Positions 59,216 through 64,000 of a stretch of 64,000 bases of DNA are shown one piece after another. How positions within the stretch are numbered: position 1 is the first letter of the stretch; each line of letters opens with the position of its first letter. The DNA lies in NCBI GenBank assembly GCA_022508535.1, contig JAFLUZ010000004.1, positions 18,130 through 82,129 on the forward strand, given 5' to 3'. Both the position numbers and the translations under genes were made by a program. The notes under the pieces were generated by a model. The model did not search any database. It was not told where the DNA came from and was given only the letters and a program-made list of their open reading frames with translations. Source of the DNA: Erysipelotrichales bacterium (GTDB taxonomy: Bacteria; Bacillota_I; Bacilli_A; RFN20; CAG-826).

Positions 59216-59887
59216 ATGAAACATCGTTATGTTTTTGTATTAATTATCATATTAGAAATAGCGCTAATAGGAATTAAACATATTAATAGAAATCAAAAGG
59301 TATCACTTTTTGGTATCAATTTTGTTATTGATCCTGGTCATGGCGGAAAAGATAATGGATCTTGTTATAATGAAGTGTTAGAAGATGAAATTAATCTTAA
59401 AATTGCCACTAAATTAATGGATATAAGTATAAATGAAGGGGCAATATCATCCTTAACAAGAGTGGGAGATTATGATTTATCTAGCGAAAACGCAAGTAAT
59501 CATAAAAGAGAAGATTTAAAAGCAAGAGTGGATTATATTAATAATTCTGGTGCACAATTTTTTGTATCAATTCACATGAATTCTTATCCAAGTAATATTA
59601 GTGTTAATGGGCCAATGGTTTACTATGAAAAAAACAATGAAGAATCTAAACACTTTGCTGAAGAAGTATCAAAAGTATTAAATGATTTTGCTAGTAGTGA
59701 TAAACCAATTCATTATGATGATTTCTATTTATTCCGTAACACTAAAATACCTGGAATTCTCGTTGAATGTGGATTCATATCTAACTCAAAAGATCGAAAT
59801 AATCTTACAAATGATTTATATCAACAAAAATTTGCAAAAAAACTATATGAAGGAATTGAAAACTATACTCTCGGAGAAAGATTTTAA
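59216..59887 (+). CDS. N-acetylmuramoyl-L-alanine amidase (Amidase_3, CwlD-like) with an N-terminal anchor
   Basis: IDPGHGGKDNG, the sequence between the two His-containing blocks, VSIHMNSYP, and a C-terminal Glu region match the Amidase_3 zinc-binding motifs. Confidence 0.8.
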   Translation: MKHRYVFVLIIILEIALIGIKHINRNQKVSLFGINFVIDPGHGGKDNGSCYNEVLEDEINLKIATKLMDISINEGAISSLTRVGDYDLSSENASNHKREDLKARVDYINNSGAQFFVSIHMNSYPSNISVNGPMVYYEKNNEESKHFAEEVSKVLNDFASSDKPIHYDDFYLFRNTKIPGILVECGFISNSKDRNNLTNDLYQQKFAKKLYEGIENYTLGERF

Positions 59888-59952
59888 AATATATTATTTT
59901 AATTTACATAAATTAATGCTATTCTAGTTTTGTTTTAAAGGATAGTGATATT

Positions 59953-61047
59953 ATGAAAGAAAAGTTAAAAAAAGCTTTTGATTTTGTATTAAAAACCACA
60001 AATGGCATGGCATATGGATTATTTGCAACGTTAATTATTGGAACAATTATCGGTGCAATTGGAAGACTATTTGGACTTGGCGATAATTCGTTTTGTGCAT
60101 TTATGTCTACCACATTAAATGAGGGAGCATCTGTTCTTCAAAATATGACAGGTGTAGGTATTGGAATTGGTATAGCATTATCTTTAGAATTTGATACTTT
60201 AAAAACAATTGCACTTGCAATTGTTGGAGAAATTGCTGCGTTTTTCTCTTTACCAACATCATTTGTAACGGCAGGAACTTATAATAATGTCATTAAAATA
60301 GGTGATCCATTGACAATATACCTAGTAGTGATAAGTGTTGCTTTATTAATTACTGTAATATTAAAAAAGAAAACACCAGTAGATATCATTTTAATTCCTT
60401 TACTTTCAGTAATATTAGGAATGATATGTGCAATGCTTATAAGATATCCAACTATATTTGTTACTTATGCAATCCAATGGCTTATTAATGTAGCAACAAA
60501 AGCTCAACCGTTTATTATGGGAATTGTTATTGCAGTTTTGATGGGAATGGCTCTGACAGCTCCTATTTCATCTGCAGCAATTGCTGCGATTATATTTACA
60601 GGTGCGACAAGTGGAAGTGGTCTTGCGATTGCCTCAGGGGCAGCAATTGTTGGATGTTGTACACAAATGGTAGGATTTGCAATTCAATCACGAAAAGATA
60701 ATAAACTGGGCATGGTTATATCAGTAGGAATTGGAACATCAATGTTACAGTTTAAAAATATACTTAAAAAGCCTATTGTTTGGCTTCCAACAATAATTGC
60801 TAGTGCAATATTAGGTCCAATTGCCACAACATTAATACACGTTGAATGTATTGGTGCGGATGCAGGAATGGGTACTGCCGGTTTAGTAGGTTTAATTGGT
60901 ACAATTACATCTATGGGTGCAGACAAATGGCAAACATGGGTAACAATTTTTGGCTTAGAATTAATTTTTCCGGCTGCATTAGTATTTGCGATTGATTTAT
61001 TGTTTAGAAAATTTAATTTAATAAAAGAAGGAGATTTAAAAATATAA
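59953..61047 (+). CDS. polytopic membrane protein, possibly a PTS-EIIC-like / PfoR (COG3641)-type protein
   Basis: 364 aa with about 10 TM helices and Gly-rich helices (GVGIGIGIALS, GADAGMGTAGLVGLIG). The family assignment is from memory and is weak. Confidence 0.4.
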   Translation: MKEKLKKAFDFVLKTTNGMAYGLFATLIIGTIIGAIGRLFGLGDNSFCAFMSTTLNEGASVLQNMTGVGIGIGIALSLEFDTLKTIALAIVGEIAAFFSLPTSFVTAGTYNNVIKIGDPLTIYLVVISVALLITVILKKKTPVDIILIPLLSVILGMICAMLIRYPTIFVTYAIQWLINVATKAQPFIMGIVIAVLMGMALTAPISSAAIAAIIFTGATSGSGLAIASGAAIVGCCTQMVGFAIQSRKDNKLGMVISVGIGTSMLQFKNILKKPIVWLPTIIASAILGPIATTLIHVECIGADAGMGTAGLVGLIGTITSMGADKWQTWVTIFGLELIFPAALVFAIDLLFRKFNLIKEGDLKI

Positions 61048-61119
61048 ATATTTTTGATTGACAAATAAATATCAATTTCTTAATATTTATATTATTAAAA
61101 ATAAAAGGAGACATAATTT

Positions 61120-63222
61120 ATGAAAAAAATGAAGACTTTTTTAGTCACTATGCTAGCACTTTGTGGATTAACTGCATGTGGAACTAATAATGATAGTCAA
61201 CCTAGTACACCAAATTCTGAAAATACATCAACTTCAAAAGAAGTAATCTGGAGTGAAGAAATTGATGCTGATATGGAATTATATCTTGGAACAGTTTTAC
61301 CTTATTTCGAGTTAGGTAATGAATTTGAATATGGTTTTGATGAAGATGAAGAAGGTATCTATTTCTATGCTTATGACTATGATACAAAAGATCTCACAGA
61401 TAATATTGTAAATGTTTTTGAGAAGGCAGGATACGAGTATGATAGTGAATACGAAGGCTATACATTCTTATATAAGGAAACAAGTCTTGGAGATTTAATA
61501 GTCCAAATTGGTTACTATAGTGATGTAGATGATTATGGAAACACAGTATTTGCTTGGATTCCTAGTGAAGATGATTCAGGCGATACTGAAAAGAATGGAT
61601 GGACTGATGAAGAGAAGGCTGACATGCTTGACACATGGGGATTTGAAATTCCTTTCTTTGCTGAAGGTTTAGATGCAGAAATGTATTTTGAGTCTGGCTC
61701 ATTAACTAGTTATATTTATGATATTGATATGACAGATGATCTTATTGATATTTTCTTAGATTTAGGATTCGAATATGACGAATTAAGTGATGGCTATCAT
61801 TACTTAATTATGGATATCGAAGATGGAATAATTGAAGTTGCGATTGCGTATACCGAAGATGAAGATTATGGCAATTACACAGAAGTGTATGGCTATATCT
61901 TATATCCATATGCTTTGATAAGAGATGAATTTATGTCTGACGGTGACGCAGTTTTATCTCAAGATTGGATTGAAGAGGAAATTAAAGAATATTTAGAAAC
62001 TAGAATTGCTATTCCTGAACCAGAATCTTCAGAATTTGCTTACGTTGAATATATTTATAGTGATGAAGAAACAAGCGAAAACACTCCATGTGTTGATGTA
62101 CTATTCCTAGATGAAGGAGATTATTTTGCGGATTTAGAAGAACTTGGTTGGTCTATTGAACTTGATTTCTTCTATTATTATTTCTTTGGTATAGAATACT
62201 ATAATACAGTTGATCCAACAGGCACTATTGAAATGGATTTATATGTTGAACAAGTAATTGAAGGCTATTGTTTATATGCTTCAATTTATAGAATTGGGGA
62301 AGAACCTACAGTCTTATCAACTGAATATAATGGCGAATATGTTGTTATGGACGATAATGGTGCATTAAGTGAAATGACAATTAGTAATGATGTTGTCACA
62401 TTTGCAAATAAAACATGGACTGTTACAAGCGAAGAAGATGATGTTTACACATTAGTAAGTGATGATGATTCTATGACATTAACTATTAATGAAGAAATAA
62501 CTTTAGCTGATGAAAACGTCACATATACTTGTATTAAAGTTGAAGAAGTAAAATTATCAAGAGCCGAACAAGGTACATATAATAATGGAACTATGACAGT
62601 TGTTATTGAAAAAAACACTGTTACTATTAATGAGGAAGATGCTAAAGTTGTTGCTTTAACTGATGATGGGATTCTTGTTGTAATAGATGATGTATTATAT
62701 GTATTTGAAATTACTGTTGAAGAAGAATCAACATCACTAGTAATTAGAAATGTATTTACTGAAGAAGAATACGCAACATTAGAAAAAGAAACATCACTTG
62801 ATAGAGTAGTCGAAGATGTAACATTTGATTTAACTTCAATGGAAACATCTGAGGAAAGTGATGCTAAAGTTGTATTTGAAAAAGACGATGCTCAAATTAT
62901 TTTAGAAAAAGGCAATAACAAGAACACAGGTGCAAATAATGGCTTACCATCTCAATATAAACATTTACGTGTATACTCTGGCCAAAAATTAACATTCGCT
63001 GTTGATGGTACAATTGATACAATTAAAATTGCTTATTCAAGTGTAGAAAAGGCAGATAAATTCAACTTAGAAGGTTGTGTTGTGACAGGTGGCACAATTG
63101 AATTTGGTGCAAATGAACTTATAATTACTGCTGATGCTGATGTATCTGAAGTAAGCATTCAATTTGCAGGTACAGCAGGACATATTAGAGTTACATCTGT
63201 GGTAATTTCAGCCCTATTTTAA
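61120..63222 (+). CDS. highly acidic lipoprotein (700 aa) with a C-terminal domain X
   Basis: Lipobox LALCGLTACG. The protein is very rich in Asp, Glu and Tyr, with internal repeats (EYDSEYEGYTFLY / EYDELSDGYHYLI). The C-terminal 110 aa, ...QYKHLRVYSGQKLTFAVDGTIDTIKIAYSS...VSIQFAGTAGHIRVTSVVISALF, resembles domain X. Confidence 0.6.
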   Translation: MKKMKTFLVTMLALCGLTACGTNNDSQPSTPNSENTSTSKEVIWSEEIDADMELYLGTVLPYFELGNEFEYGFDEDEEGIYFYAYDYDTKDLTDNIVNVFEKAGYEYDSEYEGYTFLYKETSLGDLIVQIGYYSDVDDYGNTVFAWIPSEDDSGDTEKNGWTDEEKADMLDTWGFEIPFFAEGLDAEMYFESGSLTSYIYDIDMTDDLIDIFLDLGFEYDELSDGYHYLIMDIEDGIIEVAIAYTEDEDYGNYTEVYGYILYPYALIRDEFMSDGDAVLSQDWIEEEIKEYLETRIAIPEPESSEFAYVEYIYSDEETSENTPCVDVLFLDEGDYFADLEELGWSIELDFFYYYFFGIEYYNTVDPTGTIEMDLYVEQVIEGYCLYASIYRIGEEPTVLSTEYNGEYVVMDDNGALSEMTISNDVVTFANKTWTVTSEEDDVYTLVSDDDSMTLTINEEITLADENVTYTCIKVEEVKLSRAEQGTYNNGTMTVVIEKNTVTINEEDAKVVALTDDGILVVIDDVLYVFEITVEEESTSLVIRNVFTEEEYATLEKETSLDRVVEDVTFDLTSMETSEESDAKVVFEKDDAQIILEKGNNKNTGANNGLPSQYKHLRVYSGQKLTFAVDGTIDTIKIAYSSVEKADKFNLEGCVVTGGTIEFGANELIITADADVSEVSIQFAGTAGHIRVTSVVISALF

Positions 63223-63500
63223 TTATATTATTATTCTAAATTACGACTTATTGATTTCAGTAAGTCGTTTTTTAATAGTTGTAAAATAATTTGAAAATGA
63301 CTGGGATATAGTATCGCTGATAATTTCCATTAAGTCAAAAATGATTGAGTAATTTGTCAATCATTTTTTGTTTTATTTATTTTTAGCTATGGATTTTATA
63401 TGGCAACTTTTTAAATTGACTATTTTAAATAAAATAAATTAAAAAAAATTCTTGATATTTTGACATCATTGTATTATATTTATATAGCGTAAGTATAAAT

Positions 63501-63577
<77 letters not shown>

Positions 63578-63588
63578 TTTAAAAAAAT

Positions 63589-63614
63589 GCCCGAGGTAAT
63601 CGGGCTTTTATTTT
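63589..63614 (+). terminator. rho-independent terminator after the tRNA
   Basis: GCCCGA-ggtaa-TCGGGC followed by TTTTATTTT. Confidence 0.7.
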
Positions 63615-63627
63615 GTAAGGAGAAGTT

Positions 63628-64000
63628 ATGCTACTTGTAGACACATTCAAAGATAAGAAATTCTTGAAATCTTTCTTTTCAATAGCGTTTCCAGTAATGA
63701 TTCAATCATTACTAGCTTTTATTGTGTCTTTTGTTGACACCTTTATGATTGGCGCAGTATCAAATGAGGCAGTATCTGCGGTATATGCGGTCAACCAAGC
63801 TGGTTATATTTTCTTAATCGCAGGATATGGTGTGTTGTCTGGCGCGGCAATATTTGTTCAGCAATTTAACGGAGCTAAAGATCATAAAAGGGTTCGTCAG
63901 TGTTTTAGATATAAGTGGATGGTAATGCTTGGCCTTTTAGCCATAATGACACCACTATATTATATATTTGGTAAAGATTTAGTTTGGTTTTATTGTAAAT
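63628..64000 (+). CDS. N-terminal fragment of a MATE family efflux transporter, which continues past the window end
   Basis: ...FPVMIQSLLAFIVSFVDTFMIGAVSNEAVSAVYAVNQ... is the typical MatE first repeat. RBS AAGGAGAAG. No stop codon occurs before the window end. Confidence 0.7.
   Translation, partial: MLLVDTFKDKKFLKSFFSIAFPVMIQSLLAFIVSFVDTFMIGAVSNEAVSAVYAVNQAGYIFLIAGYGVLSGAAIFVQQFNGAKDHKRVRQCFRYKWMVMLGLLAIMTPLYYIFGKDLVWFYCK

Overview
AT-rich (about 30% GC) window that reads with the standard genetic code and is densely coding, with Shine-Dalgarno sites of the GGAGG type. It looks like a low-GC Firmicute, resembling Erysipelotrichia or Acholeplasma, but it carries cell-wall genes (uppP, an Amidase_3), so it is not a wall-less mollicute. 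The housekeeping backbone is a partial P-type ATPase, a MATE exporter, two flavoproteins, a complete oppABCDF operon with an oversized OppA lipoprotein, smpB, a dCMP deaminase, the conserved ecfA1-ecfA2-ecfT-truA block, yebC, rplM-rpsI, and tRNA-Ile(GAT). Between these blocks the window is loaded with accessory surface biology. There are at least seven secreted, lipoprotein or C-terminally anchored proteins assembled from Big_2 domains plus two recurring domains I cannot name. There is a divergent pair of paralogous surface-protein genes whose 540-bp intergenic region is bracketed by a perfect 12-bp inverted repeat, which makes it a candidate invertible promoter or phase-variation switch. Two tandem lipoproteins carry clostripain-like (C11) peptidase domains and are inserted into the truA/rplM neighbourhood. 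An anchored Endonuclease-I nuclease is present. There are two glycan-related loci, one with a Wzy/O-antigen-ligase-like membrane domain fused to a GT4 transferase and the other with a GT-D-like protein plus a TupA-type ATP-grasp amidoligase. A clear THF riboswitch lies in front of a folate-type ECF S-component that carries an unusual N-terminal extension. Smaller items include an orphan promoter and terminator unit that could encode an sRNA, an ORF6N protein with an unknown C-terminal domain, a membrane-anchored Mrr-like nuclease-fold protein, and a triple repeat motif in the yebC promoter. There is no CRISPR array, rRNA, transposase or integrase in the window.
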